From Calditrichales bacterium (GTDB taxonomy: Bacteria > Calditrichota > Calditrichia > Calditrichales > J004): a stretch of DNA of 64,000 nt. The translations under genes were made by a program, and so were the position numbers. The notes beneath the pieces are model-generated. The model searched no databases and had not been told where the DNA came from. It saw only the letters and a program-made list of their open reading frames with translations. Positions within the stretch are counted from its first letter, which is position 1. Each line of letters starts with the position of its first letter. The stretch covers positions 1,248,001 to 1,312,000 of the forward strand of contig OZ254086.1 in the NCBI GenBank assembly GCA_965267575.1. Direction: 5' to 3'. Shown here piece after piece: positions 1-8,656 of the stretch.

Positions 1-319
1 CAAAACACTTGTTATGGAAAGCATCGACAATTTTGTGGAGAAGGGCGACCATGGCAATGCCGGATCGTGGTATCAGGCGGCGCGCTATTTTTATGACAAC
101 GATGTAGATACTGAAAAGGCACTGGAGATGGTCAACAAGTCACTTGAGCTAAATGCCGATCCGTTTTGGGTATGGCACACCAAAGCGCTGATACTGGCCA
201 AGCTGGAGCGCAATGAAGGCGCCGTTGAAGCAGCCAAAATGAGTATGCAAAAAGCAGAAGAAGCAGGTAACACCGATTTTATAAGACTTAATGAAGAGCT
301 GATCAAGGAACTGCAGTAG
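1..319 (+). CDS. C-terminal part (TPR-like) of a probable DUF2911-type protein, 5' truncated by the window
   Basis: The frame runs in from the left edge. The helical TPR-like tail WYQAARYFYDNDVDTEKALEMVNKSLEL...FWVWHTKALILAKL resembles DUF2911 C-termini. Confidence 0.55.
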   Translation, partial: KTLVMESIDNFVEKGDHGNAGSWYQAARYFYDNDVDTEKALEMVNKSLELNADPFWVWHTKALILAKLERNEGAVEAAKMSMQKAEEAGNTDFIRLNEELIKELQ

Positions 320-332
320 CGCGGAGACCTCC

Positions 333-1022
333 ATGGAAAAAACGGTTTTAATAACAGGAGCGGCCGGCAACCTGGGGCAGGCGGCGGTTAAGCGTTTTCT
401 GGATGACGGCTGGTTTGTGGTCGCCACGCTGGCCCCCGGCGAAAAGCTGGATATTTCCCATGAAAAGCTGCTTAAGCATGAAGTGAATCTGTTTAACGAG
501 GACGAAGCCGCCAAATGTGTACGCACCACCATAAATACACGGCGCAGTATCGACGCTGCCCTGCTGCTGGTGGGCGGCTTTGCCATGGGCAAGGTGGAAG
601 AAACCGGCAAGGAACAGCTGGACCGCATGTACCGCCTCAATTTTGAGACGGCTTACTTCTGCGCGCGACCGCTGCTCAAACAGATGAAAGCGCAAAAAAA
701 CGGCGGGCAGATTGTTCTGGTGGGCACGCGGCCGGGCTTAAATCCCGCTGAGGGAGCGGCCATGGCGGCATACACCCTGTCCAAATCGCTGATCTTTTCG
801 CTGGCGGATATTCTTAATAAGGACGGTGAAGAGCATGGCGTTACGACATCGGTGATTGTACCGAGCACGATCGATACGCCGCAAAACCGCAAATCGATGC
901 CCGATGCCGACTTTGATGAATGGGTGACGCCGGAAAGCCTGGCCAATGTGCTGGCTTTTGCATGTTCCGAAGAGGCCGGGGATCTGCGACAGACGATCTT
1001 TAAAGTCTACGGCGATTCCTGA
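333..1022 (+). CDS. SDR family NAD(P)-dependent oxidoreductase
   Basis: TGAAGNLG Rossmann motif, YxxSK (YTLSK), PSTIDTP; GGAG RBS upstream. Confidence 0.93.
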   Translation: MEKTVLITGAAGNLGQAAVKRFLDDGWFVVATLAPGEKLDISHEKLLKHEVNLFNEDEAAKCVRTTINTRRSIDAALLLVGGFAMGKVEETGKEQLDRMYRLNFETAYFCARPLLKQMKAQKNGGQIVLVGTRPGLNPAEGAAMAAYTLSKSLIFSLADILNKDGEEHGVTTSVIVPSTIDTPQNRKSMPDADFDEWVTPESLANVLAFACSEEAGDLRQTIFKVYGDS

Positions 1023-1034
1023 AATAACTAATTT

Positions 1035-1068
1035 AAAAAGCCCCGCACATGAAAGCGGGGCTTTTTTT
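1035..1068. terminator. bidirectional intrinsic terminator
   Basis: AAAAAGCCCCGC-acatgaaa-GCGGGGCTTTTTTT between convergent genes. Confidence 0.85.
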
Positions 1069-1858
1069 ATTTGATGTTGCTTTTTTTGCGGATGATCGTG
1101 CGGGCCTTGTTGCCTATGGGGATAAGGTTATAGAAGAAGTTTTTGACCGGTTTATAGGAGTAGGTCTCCCACACCACTACTTCAAAGCCCGCTTTTTCAG
1201 CGAGAAACGTAAATGAATCTTTATTGTATTCATTACAATGCCCGGGAACATAGCCCTTGCCGTAGGTGCGATCATGGATGCCAGCCTTTTGCAGCAACCG
1301 TTTCACTTTCAGATCCAGTGCTTTTATGTTGGGAAATTCCAGCACGGCATGACCGTTTTCTTTCAGGGCACTGTTGATTTGCTTCATGGCCAGCACAGGT
1401 TCGGGCAGATGCTCAAGAACATGCCGCAACACCACCAGGTCATATTTTTGATCGGTGTAGCCGTCCTCCAGAAAATTGGCAATATCCACATCGATGCCCA
1501 GCTTTTTTTCTATGGACTCCGCCAGCAGCGGAGAAAGCTCCAGGCCATGAGGCTGCCAGCCTGCCTTTTGCAGCAGGTACAGAAGCCGACCATTACCGCA
1601 TCCGATATCCAGCACACTTCCGGGCTTGTCCAAATGCTTCGTAATAAAACGGTATGTGATTGTCTGCGCGATATTGACCTTGTCATCCTCGTCATAAGGA
1701 TCAATATAAACCCGGCCGTATTTTTCCTGGTTTAGTCCATTAGACAAGTCATAATTGACCATACCGCATTCATCGCAGCGCTTAAACTTAAATTGCTGAT
1801 CGTCTCCCTGTGTATAATACAACTCCAATTCGTCTGAACCGCAGACACGACAAACCAT
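1067..1858 (-). CDS. class I SAM-dependent methyltransferase with N-terminal CxxC...CxxC
   Basis: VLDIGCGNG motif I, HVLEH motif, CRVC/CDEC; start placed at MVCRVC. Confidence 0.9.
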   Translation of the reverse strand: MVCRVCGSDELELYYTQGDDQQFKFKRCDECGMVNYDLSNGLNQEKYGRVYIDPYDEDDKVNIAQTITYRFITKHLDKPGSVLDIGCGNGRLLYLLQKAGWQPHGLELSPLLAESIEKKLGIDVDIANFLEDGYTDQKYDLVVLRHVLEHLPEPVLAMKQINSALKENGHAVLEFPNIKALDLKVKRLLQKAGIHDRTYGKGYVPGHCNEYNKDSFTFLAEKAGFEVVVWETYSYKPVKNFFYNLIPIGNKARTIIRKKSNIK

Positions 1859-2030
1859 AATGCCCCTCTTAAAAAATATCCGTAATGATTGCAAAAGGTG
1901 GCCAAACTAATATCGTTATCACAAAAACGCAAACGACAAAACAATAGCACGCATATAGATTAGCTTCTTTTGTGGTAGCCGGAGAACCCCAATTTAGGAA
2001 CAACAACGGCGGTTTTATCAATTTGCAGTA

Positions 2031-2061
2031 TTTGTACCCTTCTGCTTTTTGCGTAACTTTG
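2031..2061 (+). promoter_or_regulatory. Bacteroidota-type promoter (TTTG-N19-TAnnTTTG)
   Basis: TTTG at 2031-2034, 19 nt spacer, TAACTTTG at 2054-2061, just upstream of the EamA ATG at 2078. Confidence 0.55.
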
Positions 2062-2077
2062 CCTTTTGGGAAAAATA

Positions 2078-2956
2078 ATGACAGAAAAATCGCAAAACGG
2101 GCTTGCATTAACGCTTTTGCTTGCCGTATCCGTCATCTGGGGCAGCTCGTTTATTCTTATTAAAAAAGGTCTACTGGTTTACTCTCCGCAGCAGGTGGCT
2201 TTGCTGCGCGTATTTTTTGCCTGGATTGTACTTGTGCCCAGCGCACTGATCCATTTACGAAGATATTTCAAAAAGAGCGGCTGGCTGCTGGCCGTTTCGG
2301 GGATTATCGGTAATTTTATCCCGGCCTTTTTATTTGCCACGGCGCAGACGCGACTGGACAGCGGCATCACCGGTATTCTGAATTCGCTTACGCCATTGTT
2401 TACTATGATGGTGGGCGTATTGGCTTTTAGCCTGGCCATGCAGGCACGGCAGCTTGTGGGATTGCTGCTTGGGCTGAGTGGCTCCATTGTACTAAGCCTG
2501 ATTGGCAGCGGCGGCACTTTAGGGAGCATGAACTTTTTCGCCCTCTTTGTAATCCTGGCTTCGTTCTGCTACGGCACTAATGTCAACATTATAAAAAAAT
2601 ATTTTGCGGGGATTCCTTCGTTCCGCCTTACGGCCATGTCACTCTTTTTTATCGGCCCGCCTTCGCTGGTGTTACTTTTTCTTACTGATTTCAATCAACG
2701 CCTTGTTGAATCTCCCGGTGCCTGGCAGGCCCTTGGGTTTTTGGCCATTCTGGGGATCGTAAATACTTCGGTTGCCCTGGTATTATTCAACAAACTGATA
2801 AAAATGACGTCACCGGTTACGGCCAGCTCGGTCACATATATCATTCCGGTAATTGCTCTTGCTTTTGGTGTGTGGGACGGTGAACCGTTTTATATGTGGC
2901 ATGTGTTGGGCATGGCGATGATTGTCGGCGGTGTCTATCTCATCAACCGGCGTTGA
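2078..2956 (+). CDS. DMT/EamA family transporter
   Basis: About 10 hydrophobic helices, IWGSSFILIK, duplicated EamA repeat. Confidence 0.92.
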   Translation: MTEKSQNGLALTLLLAVSVIWGSSFILIKKGLLVYSPQQVALLRVFFAWIVLVPSALIHLRRYFKKSGWLLAVSGIIGNFIPAFLFATAQTRLDSGITGILNSLTPLFTMMVGVLAFSLAMQARQLVGLLLGLSGSIVLSLIGSGGTLGSMNFFALFVILASFCYGTNVNIIKKYFAGIPSFRLTAMSLFFIGPPSLVLLFLTDFNQRLVESPGAWQALGFLAILGIVNTSVALVLFNKLIKMTSPVTASSVTYIIPVIALAFGVWDGEPFYMWHVLGMAMIVGGVYLINRR

Positions 2957-2957
2957 T

Positions 2958-3806
2958 ATGCTGCACAGCACCCACCGTCGCGGCCTGGTCAACCTGCTTT
3001 TTGCCACCTTCTCGTACAGCATTATGGCCGTATTCGTCAAACTGGCCGGCACGGATATGCCATCGCAGCAGATCGTTTTCCTGCGTTCCGGCGTCGGCTG
3101 CCTGCTGATCGTCTTCCTGGCCTGGCGTCGCGGTATAAGCCTTAAAGGACACAACTACGGTTTGCTTGCCCAAAGGGCGCTGTTTGGCTTTTTCGGGATG
3201 TCGGCTTATTTCTACACACTCACGGTCATCCCCATTGCCGACTCGACCATCCTGCTTTATACCAACCCGCTGTTTACCATCTTGCTGGCGCCTTACTTAT
3301 TGCGCGAGGCCAACACCGGGCGTCAGTGGTCATACTCAACGCTTGGCTTTATCGGCGTTTTTATGGTAATCCAGCCAACGCTCAAGCTGGATCCGCTGGC
3401 AACAGTTGTGGGTATTGCCGGGGCCGTCGCGACCGCCCTTGCTTACATCACTGTAAGACGCATGCGCGATTCCGAGCACGAATTGGTGATTATTTTTTAT
3501 TTTATGTCCTTTTCCGTATTGGCCTCGTTTCCGGGCATCAGTTATGATTTTGTGATGCCCGGCGCGCGCGTTTGGTGGTATATCGCCGGGGTAGGCGTTT
3601 TTACCGTTCTGGGCCAATTGTTCATGACCCGCGGCCTGCACCGTGTGCGTGCGACGCAGGCAACTAACGTTTCCTACAGCAATGTACTATTCACCACTTT
3701 TTGGGGTATTTTAATCTGGGGTAACTGGCCGGATGTTCTGGCGGTCGCCGGCGTACTGTTTATTGTTGGCTCGATCGTTTTAATGAATCGGCGCGCTAGT
3801 AGTTAA
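2958..3806 (+). CDS. DMT/EamA family transporter
   Basis: Hydrophobic 10-TM pattern, QIVFLRS, PLFTILLAPYLLRE; starts 1 nt after the upstream stop. Confidence 0.9.
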   Translation: MLHSTHRRGLVNLLFATFSYSIMAVFVKLAGTDMPSQQIVFLRSGVGCLLIVFLAWRRGISLKGHNYGLLAQRALFGFFGMSAYFYTLTVIPIADSTILLYTNPLFTILLAPYLLREANTGRQWSYSTLGFIGVFMVIQPTLKLDPLATVVGIAGAVATALAYITVRRMRDSEHELVIIFYFMSFSVLASFPGISYDFVMPGARVWWYIAGVGVFTVLGQLFMTRGLHRVRATQATNVSYSNVLFTTFWGILIWGNWPDVLAVAGVLFIVGSIVLMNRRASS

Positions 3807-4419
3807 GCGCCTTAACATCGCCGGCGCCTTTGCGCAAAATCTCAGGCGGATTGACGGTAAAATCCACGATGGTGGAAGGATTAATGAAGCTGATGCCGGC
3901 ATCGATGATCAGGTCGAGGTCATGGCCGTAAAGCTTGAATATTTCCTGCGGATCGGTGTGGTAGGTCAGGTCATCTTCGATGGGTACGCTGGTTGACAAT
4001 ATGGGGTTGCCAAGCTCTTCGATGATAGCCAGGGCCAGCGGGGCATCGGGAATACGTATCCCCACCTGCTTGCGGTTATAAAGAAGCATTTTGGGCACAT
4101 CGCGGGTTGCCGGCAAAACAAAAGTGTAAGGACCGGGCACCACGCGGCGCATTATGCGGTAAGCATAGTCCGGCACATTGGCGTAGGTGGCGATATCTTT
4201 CAAATCCGGCAGGATAAAACTCAGCGGCTTTTTGATCGATTCATGCTTGATGCGCATGATACGGTTCATGGCCTTCTTGCTGAACAGGTCCGCGCCGAGG
4301 CCATAGATCGTATCCGTGGGATAAACGATAACGCCATCATTGCGCAGAATCTCCACAGCGCGCTTTACCGCTTTGTAATTTACCGTATCCGGGTAAGCTT
4401 CAATCATTTCCGCTGGCAT
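3796..4419 (-). CDS. Sua5/YciO/YrdC family L-threonylcarbamoyladenylate synthase-like protein
   Basis: VYPTDTIYGL, PGPYTFVL, VGIRIPD, STS, PSTIVD motifs. Confidence 0.92.
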   Translation of the reverse strand: MPAEMIEAYPDTVNYKAVKRAVEILRNDGVIVYPTDTIYGLGADLFSKKAMNRIMRIKHESIKKPLSFILPDLKDIATYANVPDYAYRIMRRVVPGPYTFVLPATRDVPKMLLYNRKQVGIRIPDAPLALAIIEELGNPILSTSVPIEDDLTYHTDPQEIFKLYGHDLDLIIDAGISFINPSTIVDFTVNPPEILRKGAGDVKALNY

Positions 4420-4604
4420 AATATCTTCCGGTTAAAAGTGCCTAATTTAAAGCATTGTTTTCATCGATAAAAGGAGAATCGAAACTGTTCGCTGCTTTAT
4501 ACAGAGAGCATCATTGGAATAATGACAAAAAGCGACATAGTTTTAAATTATTCCCCGCGGCAACAGGCCTGCGGAAAACTTGGTTTTGGCCAGCAGGAGG
4601 AGAT

Positions 4605-5021
4605 ATGGCGCAATACAATAGCGAATTAATTACAGCTTTACGCGAAACAGCACGGCGGCTTAAAAGCGGCGCGCGCTACGAGTGGGGCCACATGGGGCGC
4701 TGCAATTGCGGCCACCTTGTGCAAACCGTAACCGGCATGAGCGATGTGGAAATTGTAAAATCGATTGATTTTAAACTGGATGAATGGACCGAACATGCCC
4801 GTGATTATTGCCGGGGAACCGGCGGCAAAGTGGATGAAATCTTTGAACAACTTAAAATGCTGGGCTTCAGCCGTGAAGACGTGCTGCACCTGGAATACCT
4901 CTCTGATCCGCAGATACTGGGCCGGCTGAACCGTGAGAACAAACATTTGTCCCACAACAATATAGATGATGTCATCGAATACATGGAGACCATGGCCGAC
5001 GTTCTGGGAGAGAAGATCTAG
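4605..5021 (+). CDS. conserved hypothetical protein (YEWGHMGRCNCGH motif)
   Basis: AGGAGG RBS directly before the ATG at 4605; Cys/His-rich motif. Confidence 0.75.
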   Translation: MAQYNSELITALRETARRLKSGARYEWGHMGRCNCGHLVQTVTGMSDVEIVKSIDFKLDEWTEHARDYCRGTGGKVDEIFEQLKMLGFSREDVLHLEYLSDPQILGRLNRENKHLSHNNIDDVIEYMETMADVLGEKI

Positions 5022-5025
5022 GTTT

Positions 5026-5192
5026 AGATCCTAAAATGATTCAGCATTACAAAATGCCCGTCATGCTGAACTTGTTTCAGCATCTTCTCCACGTTCGATC
5101 AATGAACTGGGTCTATACGCTGCCGCGAACATAGATCCTGAAATGAATTCAGGATGACGCAGTCCTGTTTTTCTGAACTCGTTCCAGCATCT
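5026..5192. repeat. cluster of four alternately oriented ~26-bp REP-like palindromes (GTCA/TGAC family)
   Basis: GTCATGCTGAACTTGTTTCAGCATCT (5060-5085) and AGATCCTGAAATGAATTCAGGATGAC (5133-5158), with degenerate copies at 5026-5050 and 5167-5192. Confidence 0.8.
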
Positions 5193-5258
5193 TTTCTTTA
5201 ATGAAACTCGAGCTGACTCTTTGTTGTACCGCATCCGACCAATCGTTATCATTCCCCC

Positions 5259-6158
5259 ATGCATACAATTAAGAAAAATCTTTACCTGCAGGAGCTGACC
5301 CAAAATCTGGAAGGCTTCCGCCAATTTATAAGCTGCTGGATTTATACCGCCCATGACCGCGTGATCCTTGTTGATCCCGGACCGGCGGCAACCATAACCA
5401 CAGTAAAAAACGCGCTTAACAAGCTGGGCGCAAAGCATCTTGACTACATCCTGCTGACTCATATTCATATCGATCATGCCGGCGGCACAGGGTTGTTGCT
5501 GGATGAATTTCCCGAAGCTCGGGTGATCTGCCACCCCAAAGGCATCCCGCATATGATTGAGCCGCAAAAGCTGTGGGAAGGTTCTCTAAAAGTACTGGGT
5601 GAAGTGGCCGAGGCTTACGGTCCGATAGCTGCCATTCCTGAAAAAAGCATTTCCTACCCGGATAAAATATCTGACGGCGCGCTGAAAATTGAGATCACCG
5701 AAACACCGGGCCACGCTTCGCACCACCTCAACTATCTTGTGGATGGATTGCTGTTTGCCGGCGAGGTTGCCGGGGTCAACGCACCGGTCGATGAAGGGTA
5801 TTACCTGCGCATAGCCACACCCCCGCGCTTTATTTATGAAATCTACCGCGATTCGCTGTGGAAGGCGGCGGAACTGGACGCCGGCACCATCTGCTTTGGC
5901 CATTTTGGCGCGCGTGAAGATGTAAAGCAGGTTTTCGACCGTGCCAGGGCGCAACTGGAACTGTGGCTGGAAACATGCCGCCGCCACCATGAAAAAAACC
6001 TACGCGTCGTGCCGGACGAGATCTTTACCGAGTTGAAACAGCGCGACCCTTCGATGGCCACTTTTTCAATTTTGCCAAAAGATATTCAGAAGCGGGAAGA
6101 GTATTTTTCACTAAACAGCATTAAGGGCATGCTGGGCTACCTGGCCGATCAAAAATAA
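5259..6158 (+). CDS. MBL-fold metallo-hydrolase
   Basis: THIHIDHAGG (HxHxDH), TPGHASHH, FGHFG. Confidence 0.93.
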   Translation: MHTIKKNLYLQELTQNLEGFRQFISCWIYTAHDRVILVDPGPAATITTVKNALNKLGAKHLDYILLTHIHIDHAGGTGLLLDEFPEARVICHPKGIPHMIEPQKLWEGSLKVLGEVAEAYGPIAAIPEKSISYPDKISDGALKIEITETPGHASHHLNYLVDGLLFAGEVAGVNAPVDEGYYLRIATPPRFIYEIYRDSLWKAAELDAGTICFGHFGAREDVKQVFDRARAQLELWLETCRRHHEKNLRVVPDEIFTELKQRDPSMATFSILPKDIQKREEYFSLNSIKGMLGYLADQK

Positions 6159-7000
6159 AGGCCGTAACCAATAAAATCAGGGGTGATGCGAAGACCCGGC
6201 GCCGGCAACTTGTAGCGGTCCAGCAGAACAATCAGGTGGCGCAGAAACGGTGAATCGGTTTTGATGCGCTTGAGATTATAATCGAGAGCGACAACCAGTT
6301 CGCGGCGGTTGCCGCGGCTGACGCTGACACCCGTGGCCACGTTCAGCCAATTGGGCCACCAGGCGATTTCACGATCGAAATAGGCCGGCGCGTTAAAGGT
6401 TAGCCAGAAGGTCATGTTGGTGTAGTCTTCAATCGTCGCTTCATCGGATTTGGGTCGCGTAAAGTTGTAGCCCAGCTTGTAATCAAAGGCGCGCCATTTG
6501 GGATAGTGGTATTGCAGCGATGTGAACCCCGCACCGATGGCGTTGGCCACAAAATCGCCCGGCGTAAACCCCCAGCGTACGTAGTATGCATCGTGTATTT
6601 CCATGGCACTCATAATGCCTGTGGCCAGCCCAAACGCAGTCCAGGAAGAGGCCTCCGGGCCCATGCCCGACCAGCGCGCCAGGAAGCGGATATTCTGCGC
6701 GAATAATCCAGCCGAGTAAATATGCCCGAATTTGTCGAGCCCGCGGTGGCCGTTATCAAACCACTCCAGGTCACCATTCGGATTACGGGTAAAATGGAAA
6801 TCACGCTTCGCTTCATTGTAGTAGATGGGCCGGCCGGCGTTATAAATGGCGGCCACGCTAAAGCCGACCACACCCAGCGATATGCTGCCGCGATCCCATT
6901 GCAGGCTTGCATCCGGGTGGCTGTAATCAGGACGGTAATCGATGCTTTGTCCCGGCAGCAATGAAACGATCAATAAAAAAAAGACACTTAGCTTTAGCAT
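6149..7000 (-). CDS. DUF2279/YfiM-like exported protein
   Basis: Signal peptide, LDKFGH, E.HD...WGF..GD..AN..G, EDYTNMTFWL, KLPAP; C-terminal F. Confidence 0.75.
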   Translation of the reverse strand: MLKLSVFFLLIVSLLPGQSIDYRPDYSHPDASLQWDRGSISLGVVGFSVAAIYNAGRPIYYNEAKRDFHFTRNPNGDLEWFDNGHRGLDKFGHIYSAGLFAQNIRFLARWSGMGPEASSWTAFGLATGIMSAMEIHDAYYVRWGFTPGDFVANAIGAGFTSLQYHYPKWRAFDYKLGYNFTRPKSDEATIEDYTNMTFWLTFNAPAYFDREIAWWPNWLNVATGVSVSRGNRRELVVALDYNLKRIKTDSPFLRHLIVLLDRYKLPAPGLRITPDFIGYGLYF

Positions 7001-7085
7001 GCTGCAAAACTAAGTGTCCAGGGGTCTTGGGGCAATGTTTTTGTGGCCGGCATTTTCACCTGCCACGGGGAATGGGGTCGGAAAC

Positions 7086-7292
7086 TCACACGTCTTTTCT
7101 GATTATAAATCGTGTTTGTTCATCGCGTAAGCGTCTCTCTTCATCAAAATAACGCTCCACCAAAAGCTGGCTTGCTGTTTTGGGAAGATAAATGGCGCCT
7201 TCTTCCCTTTGAAGGTATTTTTCCCACAGGTACAATGCCCCATAAAGCAGTGCGCCTGTGGATAAAAAGGCGATAAGAAAAAGCAATTCCAT
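7086..7292 (-). CDS. small membrane protein (about 68 aa)
   Basis: AGGGAG RBS before the ATG at 7292; single N-terminal TM helix followed by a charged tail. Confidence 0.5.
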   Translation of the reverse strand: MELLFLIAFLSTGALLYGALYLWEKYLQREEGAIYLPKTASQLLVERYFDEERRLRDEQTRFIIRKDV

Positions 7293-7404
7293 TTGCGTTC
7301 TCCCTTCCATAGCTTCTTTGTTTAGTTATGATTTTCGGATTGCCAAGGCGGATAGTGAACAGCATTTCAACACAGGCAGAAAAATGACCAGCGGGAGAGC
7401 GGAA

Positions 7405-7842
7405 AACCACAGAGCGCGCAGAGTCTTTTCAAAGAGGCTAAAGAGGATTTTTAATTATTTTTTGTCTTGGGTTGTGGCGAGCGTAAACTTTTCGACCCTC
7501 TAAAAATTCCTGTTCTGTTGGAAAATAATATTGGTAGTTTGCCAAACCCCAAAAACAATCAAGTCTTTTAGGGAAATTAAAAAGCAAACACAGAGTACAC
7601 CGAGGATTTATTTTTCTAACCGGCCTACCGTAGTAAAACTCTTCAATATCCTAAGCACACTGTTCCTTAGGAACATAATATTGGTAGCGCCCCAATACCC
7701 AATATCAATCGAGTCCCTTTAGGGACGCAATAAAACCGTAAAAACATTTCCTTCGCTTAACAAAAAGAATTAATAAATAAAATTCTTTAGATTTGTATTT
7801 TACTCCGTGAACTCTATGCTGTACTCTGCGCTCTCTGTGGTT
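7405..7842. repeat. nested MITE/REP-like composite: CACAGAG-type inverted arms enclosing a duplicated ~66-bp unit
   Basis: The arm AACCACAGAGCGCGCAGAGT (7405-7424) matches the reverse complement of 7823-7842. Internal degenerate direct repeats lie at 7511-7575 and 7661-7726. Confidence 0.7.
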
Positions 7843-7856
7843 AAAAAAGGAAGCCG

Positions 7857-8555
7857 ATGCGATTTAATACTCCCCTGATTGAAACCAAACTGATTCGCCG
7901 TTACAAGCGTTTCCTGGCCGATGTGGAAATGCCCGATGGCAAAGCGCTCACCGTCCATTGTCCCAACTCCGGCAGCATGAAGGGCTGTACCGGCGAAGGC
8001 TGGCCGGCCATGATCAGCGACAGCGGCAACCCCAAACGCAAGCTGCGCCACACCCTCGAAATGACCCACAATGGCCAAACATGGATCGGCGTAAATACCA
8101 TGCACCCCAACAAGCTGGCCAAAGAGGCCATCGAAAACGGGACAATCGCGGAATTGCAGGGTTACGACGAAATAAAAAACGAGCAGAAATACGGAGAAAA
8201 TAGTCGCATAGATTTGTTGCTGCGAAGCAGTGCTAAGCCAGATTGCTACGTGGAGGTAAAGAACGTGACGCTGGTGGAAAATAACGAATACCGCTTTCCG
8301 GACGCGGTGACCGCGCGCGGCCTGAAACATTTGCATGAGCTGATGGAGATTAAAAAGAAGGGCGGGCGGGCAGTAATGCTGTTTATTATCCAGCGTGGGG
8401 ACGGAACCCTGTTTCGTCCTGCCGCAGACATTGATCCGGTTTACGCGAAGCGCCTGAAGGAAGCTCACGATGCCGGCGTGGAAATCATGCCCTGGCGGGC
8501 CCATGTTTCACCTGAAGAAATCGAAGTGATAGAAAAAATACCCTTTGTACTCTGA
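7857..8555 (+). CDS. sfsA: DNA/RNA nuclease SfsA (sugar fermentation stimulation protein)
   Basis: RRYKRFLADV, HCPNSGSM, SRIDLLL, VEVKNVT, FPDAVTARGLKHL. Confidence 0.96.
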   Translation: MRFNTPLIETKLIRRYKRFLADVEMPDGKALTVHCPNSGSMKGCTGEGWPAMISDSGNPKRKLRHTLEMTHNGQTWIGVNTMHPNKLAKEAIENGTIAELQGYDEIKNEQKYGENSRIDLLLRSSAKPDCYVEVKNVTLVENNEYRFPDAVTARGLKHLHELMEIKKKGGRAVMLFIIQRGDGTLFRPAADIDPVYAKRLKEAHDAGVEIMPWRAHVSPEEIEVIEKIPFVL

Positions 8556-8642
8556 TTGGCTTGATTTTATGATGGGCTTTGATTCATAAAACCAGGGTAA
8601 AAATCATTAAATCATTTAATCACGCAAATCACAGTTCAGACA
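8546..8642. repeat. TGATT/AATCA periodic inverted-repeat element
   Basis: The left arm TGTACTCTGATTGGCTTGATTTTATGAT resembles the reverse complement of the right arm (TGAACTGTGATTTGCGTGATTAAATGAT). Confidence 0.65.
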
Positions 8643-8656
8643 ATAGAAATTATGTA

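Noticed and set aside
5026-5192. possible CRISPR array
   Set aside because: Units alternate in orientation, spacers are irregular and there are no cas genes; it is better explained as a REP cluster.
5061-5567. 168-aa minus-strand ORF
   Set aside because: Antisense to the MBL hydrolase, and its tail (RHPEFISGS...DAETSSA) is translated REP sequence.
7258-7722. short ORFs upstream of sfsA
   Set aside because: They overlap repeat elements and AT-rich spacer, with no coding signature.
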